This document shows, one piece after another, positions 12,370 through 23,800 of a stretch of 64,000 nucleotides of DNA. The stretch is from an uncultured virus (IMG/VR IMGVR_UViG_3300006879_000002) (taxonomy: Duplodnaviria > Heunggongvirae > Uroviricota > Caudoviricetes): the IMG/VR virus record IMGVR_UViG_3300006879_000002. The stretch is one strand, 5' to 3'. The notes below the pieces were generated by a model that was given only the letters and a program-made list of their open reading frames with translations, was not told where the DNA came from and did not search any database. Made by a program: the position numbers and the translations under genes. Numbering within the stretch: position 1 is the stretch's first letter; every line of letters begins with the position of its first letter.

Positions 12370-12852
12370 TCAGGAAGCCTCAGACCCCTTCGGGACACCC
12401 TTAAACCCGTATATGGGAGCCATAATGTGCAGTTCCTCCCAGGTCAGCCCATCAGCTACTACAGGGTTGTGCTGCATCCCCGTCGGGGCCTCTCGCATCC
12501 GCACCGCGTACCGGCTGCCGGGAGGCACCACCCACATTCCCGGGGCCAGGGTGGATAACTGTTTGCGAGTCAGAATGCGGCTCTTGGGATACCGCAGCCA
12601 CCAGAGCCACCCCTTGTGGGTCACTGAGAACAAGATCATTGCCAGCAGCAGCGGAATGCCTGCCAGGACGGATTCGCCGCGGGCAATCACCAGGACTGCG
12701 GCTAGGACAGCCACGATCTGGCAGGCCATAGTCACTAGGGTCGCTGCTGGGTAGGCCGGTGCGGGGCTTGGCAGTTCCCTTGTGGTGCCCTCTTCCCCGG
12801 GGGCCATGAGAGGTTCGCTTGGGTAGTACTGACTTGCTTCTGATTCGCCCAT
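12370..12852 (-). CDS. Membrane protein
   Basis: Two TM segments; GAAAGG-like RBS; TGCTATATT promoter upstream. Confidence 0.6.
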   Translation of the reverse strand: MGESEASQYYPSEPLMAPGEEGTTRELPSPAPAYPAATLVTMACQIVAVLAAVLVIARGESVLAGIPLLLAMILFSVTHKGWLWWLRYPKSRILTRKQLSTLAPGMWVVPPGSRYAVRMREAPTGMQHNPVVADGLTWEELHIMAPIYGFKGVPKGSEAS

Positions 12853-12936
12853 TTGCCTTGTCCTTCCGGGGTCGTCGTTCTTGTCAATATAGCACCCCCA
12901 TCGGCTCCCAACCCCTCCCCCCCTCCCGTGCGCGGG

Positions 12937-13428
12937 TCAGCGGAACGCTGGGTGGTTGCACCCCGGGCCCCCGTGGGACGGGTAGCCCTCCTCGTCCCGA
13001 TGGTTCATGCAGCAGCCATGAGGGTTCATCTGCGCCCAGCGTTGCAACATTTCCGCTTCGGTGATCGGCGGCTCGTTGGTGATCTGGGCGGCCTGGCCTT
13101 GGTTCTGAGTCACAACTTGAGACTGCGGTTGTGGCGGCGGGCTGCCCTCGGGCTGTTGGCTCTCGTTGAGGGAGGCCTTGACGTTCTTGCCCACGTTGAT
13201 CCAGCCGCGGATTCCCCAGTGCACCAGGAAAACCAGGAGTGCAGGTATCCACCCCAGGAACACGTTGCCGAGGGCGACCATCATGGTGGGCACGAAGGCT
13301 TCGCTGTTGTCTATGGCCGGGTAGGCGGCCAGTGCGGTCAGGGTGGGCCATAGCAGGATGCCGCCGCCCCAGATGAGGGCGAGGTGCTTGCCTAGGCCGA
13401 CCTTCTTTTGTGGTGCGTTGGTGTTCAT
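12937..13428 (-). CDS. Membrane protein with Cys/His-rich C-terminus
   Basis: Two TMs, Q/P linker, HGCCMNH...GCNH tail; GAGAGAGG RBS. Confidence 0.65.
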   Translation of the reverse strand: MNTNAPQKKVGLGKHLALIWGGGILLWPTLTALAAYPAIDNSEAFVPTMMVALGNVFLGWIPALLVFLVHWGIRGWINVGKNVKASLNESQQPEGSPPPQPQSQVVTQNQGQAAQITNEPPITEAEMLQRWAQMNPHGCCMNHRDEEGYPSHGGPGCNHPAFR

Positions 13429-13558
13429 GTCGTGCCTCTCTCTCAACTACTTGCTACACGATAGCACGTCCTGTCGAGCGTGGCAAGTGAGCGCGCAGGG
13501 TTGTCCCCTTCACGACATACATGCTAGTGTGTAGCAAATCGCTAGTTGAGAGGCACAA

Positions 13559-14536
13559 ATGGCACACACAAAAAAGACTCCCGAACAACGCAAAGCCGAG
13601 ACCGACGCACTACGCCAAAGCCAAGAAAACGCGCTGCTCGACCTCCTCGACTCCCAACACTGGACCAACTACCTCAACGCCATAACCCACTTCCGCACCT
13701 ACAGCCTCCACAACACCCTCCTCATCCTCACCCAACTCCCCGAAGCCACCCACGTCGCCGGTTTCCACACCTGGCGCAAACTCGGCCGCTACATCACCTC
13801 CGGACCCGGCTCCAGCATCAAAATCTGGGGAAAGCCCTACCGCCCCAAAACCTGGGTCCCCAAGGGCACCGAAGGCACCGCAACAATCCACGAAGAAACA
13901 AACGGACAAGTAAAGATCGACGCCAACTTCACCCGGTGCCCGATCCTCTCCGTCTTCGACATCTCCCAAACCGACGGAGACCCCGTTCCCACAATCTCCA
14001 CCGACCTCACCGACGACGGCAATACCGCCCGCCACGAGCAAGTCATCACCACCCTGACGACCTGGCTCAACCACCAAGGCTGGACCGTCACCCACGAAGC
14101 AATAGGGACAGCAAAAGGACACACCACACACTCGGACAAAGCCATCGCCCTCAACGAAACAAACAGCACCGTCCAGAACGTCAAGACCCTCATCCACGAG
14201 GCCGCTCACGCCACCCTCCACGGCGATGACACCTACGCACCAATCAGCAAATACGGCACCAGCACCACCCACCGAGGCACCGCCGAAATCCAAGCCGAAT
14301 CCGTCGCCTACGTCGTCGCCGGGATGCTCGGACTCGACACCTCAAGCTACTCCACCGGCTATGTAGCCCAGTGGGCCAGCACTGCCGCGCAAAGCCAGGA
14401 GCGCGAGGAAATCCTCGCAGTGGTCCAGCAATCCGCCAACGCCGTAAAAAACGGCGTCGAACTGATCATGGGCGGCATCGAAGCCGTAGACAGCAACACC
14501 GCATCAACGGAGGCAACACTAGCCACAGCCGCCTGA
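13559..14536 (+). CDS. ArdC-like antirestriction protein (ssDNA-binding N-domain + zincin)
   Basis: YSLHNTLLI..Q.P.AT.VAGFHTW.KLGR, VFDISQT, TLIHEAAH, EIQAESVAYVV. Confidence 0.88.
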   Translation: MAHTKKTPEQRKAETDALRQSQENALLDLLDSQHWTNYLNAITHFRTYSLHNTLLILTQLPEATHVAGFHTWRKLGRYITSGPGSSIKIWGKPYRPKTWVPKGTEGTATIHEETNGQVKIDANFTRCPILSVFDISQTDGDPVPTISTDLTDDGNTARHEQVITTLTTWLNHQGWTVTHEAIGTAKGHTTHSDKAIALNETNSTVQNVKTLIHEAAHATLHGDDTYAPISKYGTSTTHRGTAEIQAESVAYVVAGMLGLDTSSYSTGYVAQWASTAAQSQEREEILAVVQQSANAVKNGVELIMGGIEAVDSNTASTEATLATAA

Positions 14537-14776
14537 ACGGGGTGAACCGGATGCCGGGTGGGGCGTACCCGGCATCCGCACGCCTCGAGAAAGGAGGGAG
14601 GCACGGGTTGGGAGCCTCTCGGGGGTGGGGGCGATCCCCTCCTTGCTCCTATAGAATGGGTAAAAGTCAACAGCCCACCCGTAGGGGCTCCGAGCGCACC
14701 ACCCATGTGCTCGAACCCCGAAGGACCTGTTGGGTCGTCTCAAGTAGTCCGTCAACTGACGCACGAAAGAGATGCA

Positions 14777-16201
14777 ATGAGTCCTCGTCGCCGCATAGCC
14801 CTTCCCCTGACCGCTGGAGCGGCAGCGCTCGCGCTTGTCCTGGCCTCATGCAGCAGCAGCGAGCCCCAGCCAGACCCCACCGAGGAGACCTCTACGGAAC
14901 CGTCAGTGAGCCTTCGCTTGCCAGACGGGTTCGACAATCAGGCACCCATGTGGTCGGCAATCACTGACCTTCCGCTTGGAGACATTCTCTACAGCGACAT
15001 CTCCAACGACGGCCAGTTCTACGGCTACGCCGCTCTACGCAATGAGACCCTCAGCATCCGACAGGTGAACCTCCCTACGGGCCAGCGCACAGAAGCCCTC
15101 GAGGTTCCCCGCCTTTCCGGCGTCCAAGAACCCGAGCTCGGGGGGTGGGCCTCCCTCTCCTACCAGGATGACCAGCTGGTCCTGACACAGGCAGGGCACA
15201 CCGTTGACGAGACCAACAGCGAACGCGACCCGGAACACACCACGGCCCACCTGCGGGTCGACATCTTCGAGGTCGGTAAGAGCTCCGACCCTACGACACT
15301 GGAAAAGGACTCTCCGGAGAAGGACACCACCTTCAAGAAGGCTGACGACACTTTCCGGTCCGTGTTCGCGGATGAGCCCTCACGTGGCGACCCCACCTAC
15401 TACGTGCTGGATGCGCAGTCAGCGACGTTCGCGACCTACTCGAGCGAGGACCTGACCGCTTCACCAGCCGAATGCGGGCAAGAGGACTGTTCCTTGGACA
15501 TGGCTCCCGCCACATCAAACAACGGCCAGACCATCGCCACCTACAAAGAACGGCCCCCAAACAGGGTGGAAGACGAGTGTGGGAGCCCGCCCGAAGGTGA
15601 CCCGCTTTCCGGGTGCTTGCGCGGCTTCGGGTCTGACCAATGGCAGTCCTACCAGGACGGAGTAGCTCCCGAGGGAGCCCTTGCCAGAACCGCAATTCTT
15701 AAGGCCACGGGGCAGGACCTAGTGCTAGGGCTTTGGCTCACTGACGACGAACACACCAGAGCACTTCGCCTGTTTGACCCCGAGGACCCCAAGGAGACCC
15801 TAGCGGCGTTCTCCTGTGACCGGCAGGGACCGAGCCAGTCCCCCTCTGAACTGCACCGTTCCGGGCCGTACGTGTATGGCAACAGCATCTTGATCAACAC
15901 CGACACCGGCGAAGGGCGTTGCTTCTCTGATGACACGCACCTGAAGGCTGTCGATGACACCGGCACCGCCTGGGGATATGACCTCTCTACCGACGAGGAT
16001 GGTTCCTCCAGCGGAGCCAACACGTCGTATGTGTCATCGGTTATCACCGCCACCCTCGACGGCGGTATAGAAGAAGCTGGCACCCAAGTTGCTGTTCCAC
16101 AGGCATTCACCACTGTTGATGGACAACAGGTGGGGGTATTCGCTGTCAGCGGCGACGAGCTACCGAACTCCACTGTCTTGGCCGCTTACCCGTATCACTG
16201 A
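14777..16201 (+). CDS. Lipoprotein
   Basis: Signal peptide MSPRRRIALPL...LVLASC with lipobox. Confidence 0.8.
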   Translation: MSPRRRIALPLTAGAAALALVLASCSSSEPQPDPTEETSTEPSVSLRLPDGFDNQAPMWSAITDLPLGDILYSDISNDGQFYGYAALRNETLSIRQVNLPTGQRTEALEVPRLSGVQEPELGGWASLSYQDDQLVLTQAGHTVDETNSERDPEHTTAHLRVDIFEVGKSSDPTTLEKDSPEKDTTFKKADDTFRSVFADEPSRGDPTYYVLDAQSATFATYSSEDLTASPAECGQEDCSLDMAPATSNNGQTIATYKERPPNRVEDECGSPPEGDPLSGCLRGFGSDQWQSYQDGVAPEGALARTAILKATGQDLVLGLWLTDDEHTRALRLFDPEDPKETLAAFSCDRQGPSQSPSELHRSGPYVYGNSILINTDTGEGRCFSDDTHLKAVDDTGTAWGYDLSTDEDGSSSGANTSYVSSVITATLDGGIEEAGTQVAVPQAFTTVDGQQVGVFAVSGDELPNSTVLAAYPYH

Positions 16202-16289
16202 CCATCCTGGGGCGCCGGGTGTTCCACCTCTCTGCCCGCGACGGCAAGAGTGAGCTAGCCCCATGCGCCGACCTCAGCCCGCATATGTG

Positions 16290-16320
16290 TAAGGGGCCCG
16301 GTCGTCGACTGGGCCCCTTA
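16290..16320. terminator. Intrinsic terminator-like hairpin
   Basis: TAAGGGGCCC...GGGCCCCTTA. Confidence 0.55.
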
Positions 16321-17158
16321 CGCATTGGCGGTAGGTGGACGACCCCGACTCCAATGCTGGTAAGGATGTGATGCAACTCCCAACCAATCGCCTCCGCTGG
16401 TAGACATGCCACCCGATGGACCGTCGGTTTGGCAATAACGCCTACTGGACGGGGCAAGCACCACCTTGCCTGCTGCCGAAGGAAGGCGAGTGGTTGACAC
16501 ACGACTCGGCTTCCCGGGTAAGCCGCTCAACTTGAACCCGCGTCCGCGGTGGCTGCGTCCCCGGGGATTAGCAGCCATAGCAAACTCCTCAGAGCCCCCT
16601 GGTTCTCCAACGCGCAGGCCGGTTGATCCGCTAGCCCGTCTGCCTCAATCACCCCATGCAGCGCATATTCTCGAGTTACGCGCCCATCCCTATCGCGCAC
16701 CCGCCCCAACAGCGCCACCACCGCGCCCCTGCCCTCGTGCAGAGCCTCCAGCACCGCTGCTGCGCCGGTGAGGTCGCGCGCGTCTGTTTCCCAGTCTGGG
16801 CAGCGTTTTATCTGCACTGTCTGCTCGCCCAGAGGCAGGATGATGTGTGGGGGGCATTGGAAACACACAGCGTCACTGTCCTGTCACGTCAGCTGGTGGT
16901 GCCATAGCCCATCCGGTCCTTTCTGTCCTGGATGCTGTGACCGTATCGCCTCCCACTGACATTGGCCTGTGCCATAGGCATAGTCTCCTTCTTCGACACT
17001 TCCCGGTCCTGCCGGTTCGAGCGCCCATGTGTTAGCCTTGGAGGCAAGAGCGGGGAAGCTGGCCTTCACTCGCGAATTACCTCCTTAGGTGTTTGTGATG
17101 TGTCTTTCTCTCAAATTGTTCAGGCCAGCTTCCCCGCTTCTCTGTCACACAGAGACCT

Positions 17159-19396
17159 CTACCGAGACCGCACCACGGCCCGGGAAGTTCCCATCTCCTT
17201 GTCTACCTCGATCACAGTAGGGAACGAGGCCTTGATCTCTTCGATGTGGGAGACCGTGTACACCGAGAAATCCGCAGACAGCTCTGCCAACACATCTTGA
17301 ACAGCCTTGCGGAACTCTTCATCGAGTGAGCCCCAGCCTTCATCCATCACGATGGTCTCGATGGGCGTGCCGGTACGTCGCGCGATACAGCGGGCCAAGG
17401 CGATACGGATCGCCAGGGCGCAACGGAACCGTTCCGACCCAGACAGGGTGCTGTAGTCGATCTCCCCCTCGGGGGTGGTCACGTAGATCATCACCTTCTC
17501 GTCCACGTCACCAGTAGCCTTCTCCCGCTGGGTGGTCACGTTCACCCCGAACTGCCCACCTAAGTCCGCCAAAATATCGTTGGCGTCGTCGTTGAGCTCC
17601 TCAACCACACCGGCCAGGATCATCGCTGGAATACCAGCGGGCCGGAAAGCAGTCACCAGCGTCTTGTAAGTGAGCGCATCGGTGTCCAACGCGTCGTAGT
17701 CCGCCTGCAACTCATTCTGCGGCTTGACCAGCGACTCGAGTTCCTTGGCTACCCGCTCGCGTCGCTGCTGCTCGGCCCAGATGCGCTTCTGCCGGTTACG
17801 AATATTGTCCCGGTGGGTGCGCAACTGCTGGCGGTTCCCGGAAGCGTTCTTCGCTGCCTGCACCTTTTCTTCCGCCTCATTAACTTCACCACGGAGCTCG
17901 TTCAGGCGCTTCTCGTCCAGCACTGGTTCTGCTACCTGCTTCACCTTGTCAGCCTCGGCCCGTGCGCTCTCCTGACGCTCTCGTGCTTGCTTGAGGGTCT
18001 CCTCGAGCCCGGGCAGGGACTCGGTGGCCTTCGTGGCTTCCAGATGCTCCTGCTCGGCCTTACGCGCCTCCTGCTGCGCCGTCTTCAACGCCGTCTCGCT
18101 CTGGCGCACCTCATCTTCAGCCCCGGTCTTGCGGTCCTGGGCAGAGGATCGCTCGTCCTGGGCCGCGTCGTGCTCCCTCTTCAGCCCGGCGCTTTCCTCC
18201 TGGAGCCGCGTCAGCATGTCGTGGGCTCGCTGCTCGCTGAGTGCCTGCCCGCAGGCGAAGCACTCACCCTCATGCCCATGGGCGGTGCGCTGGAGGGTGG
18301 CAATACGCTCCTTGATCTCGCGGGCCTGGGCGACCGCAGCTTCCATGCGGGCGGCGCAGGCAGAGATCGTGTTGCCGTGCTCCATGACCTGCTCCCGCAG
18401 GCTGGGTAACCCATCCTCCAGGTTCGCGATGCGCGCGTTCGCCGCCTCGAGTCGTTCGGCGGCGTCGTCCACGCCCCATGCGGCGGTTGCTGCCTGGTCG
18501 CGGGCCTCGGTTGCTTTGCGTGTGGCCTCTTCAGCATCGGATACCGCCTGGTCGGCGCGGCGACGGTCGTCGTTGTGGCGCTGCACGTCGCGCTCGTGCG
18601 CGGAGATCACCTCCTGGAGGTTCTGCTGCGCGCGGGCATGCCGGTCCTTCAAAGAGTCCACGTCGCCCAGGTCCACGGCCAACTCGGCAGTGACCTTCTC
18701 GTTTTCCTCTTCCGCGCTGTTCTCTTCAGCGGCCAGTTCCTCATCGTTCAGCGGGTGTAGTTCCTCATCACCCACCTCGGTCTCTAGCCGCTCCTTGCGG
18801 GCCAGCACCTGGTCCAACTTGATCTGCGCCTCGGCGCGGTCCTGCTCAACCTGGTGCAGGTTCGCCTCCGCTTGTTTGGCCAGGTCGGCGTACCTGTTCA
18901 GTCCGAACGCGTTCGTCAGTACTTCCCTGCGTGGCGCGGGTTGCAGTTCACAGAACGCGCCGAAGTCGTTCTGGCCGATCAACCACGTCGTGCGGGCGGT
19001 TTGGTAGTCCATCCCGATCAGGTCGGCCAGGAACGGGTCGGCCATCTTCGGGTTCTTCTCCGATAGGACCTTCCACCCGTCCTCGGCCTCGTCGTCGGCT
19101 ACGTTGATGTAGACCTCGTGCCGGTTCGACGCCTTCACGCGCCGCACACTGTAGGTGTCGCCGTTCAGTCCGAACTCGACCGTGACGGAGGCCTGCTTCG
19201 CTCCTCGACTGATGACGGTGTTGATGCCGTCGCCTCGGTACTTTCCGAACAGCGCGAACTCGATTCCGTTCAGCAGCGTGGTCTTTCCTGCCCCGTTCGG
19301 GCCGATCACGGCCACCAGGTCTAGGCCGTCCAGTTGGATAGTCTCCTGGTCCTGGTAGGACTGGAATCCCTCGAGGGTGATGCTCTTCAGTCGCAT
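17159..19396 (-). CDS. sbcC: SbcC/Rad50 SMC-like ATPase
   Basis: Walker A GPNGAGKT, coiled coils, Zn-hook CFAC, LSGSE signature, Walker B VMDEGWGSLD. Confidence 0.93.
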   Translation of the reverse strand: MRLKSITLEGFQSYQDQETIQLDGLDLVAVIGPNGAGKTTLLNGIEFALFGKYRGDGINTVISRGAKQASVTVEFGLNGDTYSVRRVKASNRHEVYINVADDEAEDGWKVLSEKNPKMADPFLADLIGMDYQTARTTWLIGQNDFGAFCELQPAPRREVLTNAFGLNRYADLAKQAEANLHQVEQDRAEAQIKLDQVLARKERLETEVGDEELHPLNDEELAAEENSAEEENEKVTAELAVDLGDVDSLKDRHARAQQNLQEVISAHERDVQRHNDDRRRADQAVSDAEEATRKATEARDQAATAAWGVDDAAERLEAANARIANLEDGLPSLREQVMEHGNTISACAARMEAAVAQAREIKERIATLQRTAHGHEGECFACGQALSEQRAHDMLTRLQEESAGLKREHDAAQDERSSAQDRKTGAEDEVRQSETALKTAQQEARKAEQEHLEATKATESLPGLEETLKQARERQESARAEADKVKQVAEPVLDEKRLNELRGEVNEAEEKVQAAKNASGNRQQLRTHRDNIRNRQKRIWAEQQRRERVAKELESLVKPQNELQADYDALDTDALTYKTLVTAFRPAGIPAMILAGVVEELNDDANDILADLGGQFGVNVTTQREKATGDVDEKVMIYVTTPEGEIDYSTLSGSERFRCALAIRIALARCIARRTGTPIETIVMDEGWGSLDEEFRKAVQDVLAELSADFSVYTVSHIEEIKASFPTVIEVDKEMGTSRAVVRSR

Positions 19397-19399
19397 TAG

Positions 19400-20605
19400 T
19401 CAGGCCCCCATCATCTGGTTGGTCAGTTTGATCGCGTGCTCCTGGTCCACGCCCTCCGGGGCGACCTTCTGGAACCAGGACCGCAGGGCCTGCTCGGGGC
19501 CCACGTTCTCCGGCAGCGTGGCTGCCTTGTTCTTCCTGCGTGCCTTCGGCGTCACCTTCGTGACCGCCACCTGGGCACCCGCCTCAGCGACCGCCTTGCG
19601 CACTTCCTCCGGCACAACCGACTCCCCCGGGGGCAACACCAGCCGCACCAGCGCACCCTCGGTCAACGCATCCAGCTGCTCCTCGGCGTCCTCGTCCGTC
19701 AGCGAGATCGAATGCATCGCTCGAGGCGAAGTGTCGAACTGTTCCACCTTCTCCAAGGTGTTGCCATCGCTGACCGTCACGAAGTTCACCGACTTCGGGT
19801 CGTCCGCGTCGGTCATCGTCAACCGGTCCGGTGACCCCGCGTAGAAGCACTTCTCCCCCATCCGCTGACGCGCGTGAATATGCGACAGTGCCGCATAGGA
19901 AACCGGGGACTCCTCGATCCCCCGACGCGGCACAATCGGCTCCGCGAACACCTGGGCGATGTCCACCTCCGACCCACGCCGGGCGCCCTCGGCCAGTGAG
20001 TCGATCCGCACGTCGTCAACCGTCACGTGCGAGGCAAGGATGTACGGGGCTGACGAGTCTGCCTCCCCCGACAACTGCTCCAACGAATCCAGCGCGAACT
20101 GGGCAACCTTGCGGTCCCCCTCCAACGGATCGTCCCCTTCAAAGCCAACGCGTTGAAGGATGCGCGTTTTCGACAGCCACGGCAGCGCCGCCACCTGCAC
20201 ACCCGACGACAGTTGAACCAGCCGGGGGTCGCGCTCAACCACATGCACCTCCCCGTGCGGCTTCAACAAGTCCCCCACGGTCTCTGTAGCCGTGCGTTGC
20301 GACACCGGCACCTGAAGCAACTCGTGATTGCCCCCCAGGAGCACCAGCGGGATACCCGCCTGCACCAGCGGCTTGAACACGTCAGCGAACAACAGCACCG
20401 CCTCCTGTGACGGCCTGCCGGTCTTGAACCCATCGCCCGCGTGCAGGAAGAACTCCGCCTTCCGTGACACCGCTTCATCGACGGCGTTGCGCAATACCTG
20501 GGCATGTGACTCCCATGCCCGGTTGATGCCCGTTTGCGGGTTGATGGTGCCGTGAGCGTCGGAGTCGATGTGCCCGTCGCCGGTGTGTACGAACGTGATG
20601 CTCAT
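19400..20605 (-). CDS. sbcD: SbcD/Mre11 metallophosphoesterase nuclease
   Basis: HTGDGH, HAGD.F, GNHE, LSHIH, YAGSP motifs; adjacent to sbcC. Confidence 0.92.
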   Translation of the reverse strand: MSITFVHTGDGHIDSDAHGTINPQTGINRAWESHAQVLRNAVDEAVSRKAEFFLHAGDGFKTGRPSQEAVLLFADVFKPLVQAGIPLVLLGGNHELLQVPVSQRTATETVGDLLKPHGEVHVVERDPRLVQLSSGVQVAALPWLSKTRILQRVGFEGDDPLEGDRKVAQFALDSLEQLSGEADSSAPYILASHVTVDDVRIDSLAEGARRGSEVDIAQVFAEPIVPRRGIEESPVSYAALSHIHARQRMGEKCFYAGSPDRLTMTDADDPKSVNFVTVSDGNTLEKVEQFDTSPRAMHSISLTDEDAEEQLDALTEGALVRLVLPPGESVVPEEVRKAVAEAGAQVAVTKVTPKARRKNKAATLPENVGPEQALRSWFQKVAPEGVDQEHAIKLTNQMMGA

Positions 20606-20787
20606 GTGTGAACCTTTCTCTCAATGTTCATTATTACACTATAGCGCGTATCCCTTGTGACGCAAGTGACGTCAGGTGCCTCCCTTGCGTCAACCATGTC
20701 GACGCTTCTGCGACCGCACTATCCCCCAACCCACAGACATTCCACCCACGCCGGGTCGAAAGCACAGACCAGACAGGGTATGCAGTG

Positions 20788-20840
20788 GACAAAGAACTGG
20801 CCCGATATGACATCACATCATATCGGGCCAGTTCTTTGTC
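20788..20840. terminator. Perfect 23-bp inverted repeat downstream of dinG
   Basis: GACAAAGAACTGGCCCGATATGA / TCATATCGGGCCAGTTCTTTGTC with 7-nt loop. Confidence 0.65.
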
Positions 20841-20852
20841 GGTCAGCAGCCG

Positions 20853-23800
20853 CTAGACCACCACGTCACTCACCGACTCCGCTGACTCGTTGACCTCGAC
20901 CGTGCCTGCCTCGTCACTGGCCGTCTGGTTGATGTCACGAAGGAAGCTGTGCACCGCCTCCTTGCTGCCAGTGCCGGTGAATGCTGGAAGCGAGTCTCGG
21001 ATGCTGGTGTAGTACCCCTTCACGTGCGGAGTCTGCGGGTTCACGCGAGGGTCGCACAGAACAACCACTCCCCGGTCATTGACGGTGCGGATGAGGCGGC
21101 CCACACCTTGAACGATGGTCAGGATCGCTTCGGACAGTGAGACCTTGATGAACCCCTTGCGGTTCCCTTCCAGGCGGTCCACCTTCTCAGTCCTTGCCGC
21201 GATGATCGGGTCTGAGGGAGTGGGGAAGGGGATTTTGTCCACAACGACGGCCACGCAGGTGTCACCTTCGACCGAGACCCCCGTCCAGAAAGTCCTGGTT
21301 CCGACCAGGACACTGTGGGGGTTGTCGGCAAACTCTTTCGCCAGCGCCTGGGACGGACCTCCCGGGCGTTGGGTGAGGACCGTGATCCCCTCGGGCTCTA
21401 GGGCTTCCTCCATCCGCTGGCCGACCGTTTCGACCGACTGCCGGGAAGTGCACAGAACCAGGGTGCGTCCGCCCGCAGCCCGCGCTACTCCCGTAGCCAC
21501 TTCGGCCACTGCCTCCGCATACTCAGCCTTGCCATCCTTGGTATTGATCGGGGCAGGCATGTGCGGGGGAAGCCAGATCATCCCCTGCTTCTTATAGTCG
21601 AACGGAGAGGCCACGATGCGACCTTTCCACGGGTAGGTGTCGGCATCCAGCGTGAATCCCATCTGTTGAGCGGGGTAGTCGAACGCACCTCCCACGGTCA
21701 TTGTTGCCGAGGTCATCACCAACCGGCCTCCGCAAATGCGGTCGATCTGATGCTCGTGGATGGTCTCCGAGACATCGAACCGGGCCGAGTGCAGCACAGC
21801 TTCACCACGTTCCTTGTCCGCCCAGGACACCTGGAAGTCGTTGGAGCCTTCCAAAATGATCTGGAAGTCTTCGATCAGGTTCTTCACCGCCTGAAGTAAA
21901 GTCTGCCGGGCCGATTTCTCCTTGTCGTCAGCTGCACGGTCCGCTGCCGCCCTCGTCTTCCGTCGGATCGGGTCAAACAGTTTCACCAGCGACTCGAGGT
22001 TCTCCACCACTCCGGGCGTCTCAACGATCTCCCGGTCGGAGCCGAACTTACTCATCTTCGCCAGCGCCCGCTCTAGCTCGTCCAAGTAGTGCTCGCACCC
22101 CTTCGACCACTTCTCGACAGTCTGTTCGTCGATCAGGTCCTCACGGGCCAAGAGATTCGTGGCCCGCTTGAGGGTTTGCTCCACCCGCTTGCGCTTGAGG
22201 ACGGCGCCAAACGTGTCTGCGACCACCATGGGAAACTCGTGCGCCTCATCGACAACCACAGCCTCACACTCAGCCAACTCGAGAAACTCGATCTTCATGG
22301 CAGCAGCCAGGTACGACTGGTTCACCACCACGATGTCCGCCTGCGCAGCCTTCTCATGCGCTCGCTGCGCAAAGCACCGCGAGGGGTTCTTCTTGCACCC
22401 GTTGGCCGAGCAATCGTCGGTTGAGCCACAGACCATGCTCCAGGCCTTCCCAGAAACCGCAGGCGCATCGGAGCGATCCCCCGTCTCGGTAGTTTGGGCC
22501 CACTTATGCAGTAGCGCCACCTCTTGCCCCAACTGGCTATTGGATTCAAAGGACTCCTGGGAACCGTCGATATCCAGCATCTGCCCAGTGTCTTCGGCCT
22601 CATCGGTCGCGACCCGGTTACCGCAGTAATACGACGACCTCCCCTTGATGAGCCCGTACGACGGCTGATGATCCAGCAGCGACTCGTCGTCGGTGCCCGC
22701 ATCCTTGAACGCTTCCACGACCAATTCGAGATCATGTCCCAACTGGTCCTGGAGCGCCTTCGTGTGCGGAGCCACCGCAGTACGCTTCCCCGAGGCCAGA
22801 GCCCCTGCCAAATAGGCCATGGAATTATGAGTGGGGATGAAGTCCCGTCCCGCCAGGTACAAGCGGGAGTCAGAGTCCACGCTGATGCAACGCACCGGGC
22901 GCGTTTTCACCTTCTCGACAGCTACCACTGAACGGTGCCCAACCATACGCCGACCCGGATTATCGAAGTCCCCGGCTTGGGCGGCCTTAAACGGCACGCG
23001 GAACACCTGCTGATCAGGACTGAAAGTCACCTGCTGGTATGACCCGTTCCGAAACTCCCGGGTCGTCGATGCGGCTCGGAGTCCCAGCGAGCACGCCAGC
23101 GCATGAATGTCCTTCATCAGCTGGAACTGATTCTTGTACGCCGTTACCTGGGCGATGATCTGTCGTTGCGACTTGTGCGGCTGGCCGGATGCATCCATCA
23201 GTCCTGCAAGCAGCGCTCGGCGCTGCGCCTCCGAAGAGAACATGTACTTGTCTGGGATGAACCGCTCGGAAGTAAGCAGCCCCAGCTTCTTCAACGCCTT
23301 GGCCGTGGCCTCGGTTGGGGTAATAGACACCTCGGACCGCACGTCCGCTACCTCAAAGTGTTGCATGGGCTGTTCGGGGCGCACCGTTTTGGCCACCAGC
23401 GCCATATTGGGGGAACGCCGCTCAGTCCCTCCGAGCCAAAATCCCAACTCATACGGGTCGATGGGTAACTTCTGCTCCTCGATTTGGATGGGCTTAGCCG
23501 TCGGAATGCGGTGGTTGGGACGTTTGCGGCGCCGCAGAGTCTGGGCTATTTCCGTCGTGGTTCGCGTTTGGGCCCCTTCCCACGGGTCGCCGCTGGCGCG
23601 CTGCGTCGCTGCCGCGTCCGAAACCGTATTCCACTGATGCTGCCCATCAGCAACGAGAGTGCCTCCGCCCAGGAAGGACAATTCGTAGCAAGTGCGCCGA
23701 CGGAGTACGTCAAAACCTTCGGTGATGTTGCAGGGGACCCCGTTTTCGTCGAAGGGATGGTGCACCCCAGCCTCCAGGTCTCCCATGCGCACCCACCCCT

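Noticed and set aside
16527..16868. 113-aa ORF as a real gene
   Set aside because: No clear RBS or motif and atypical codon usage; may be a remnant
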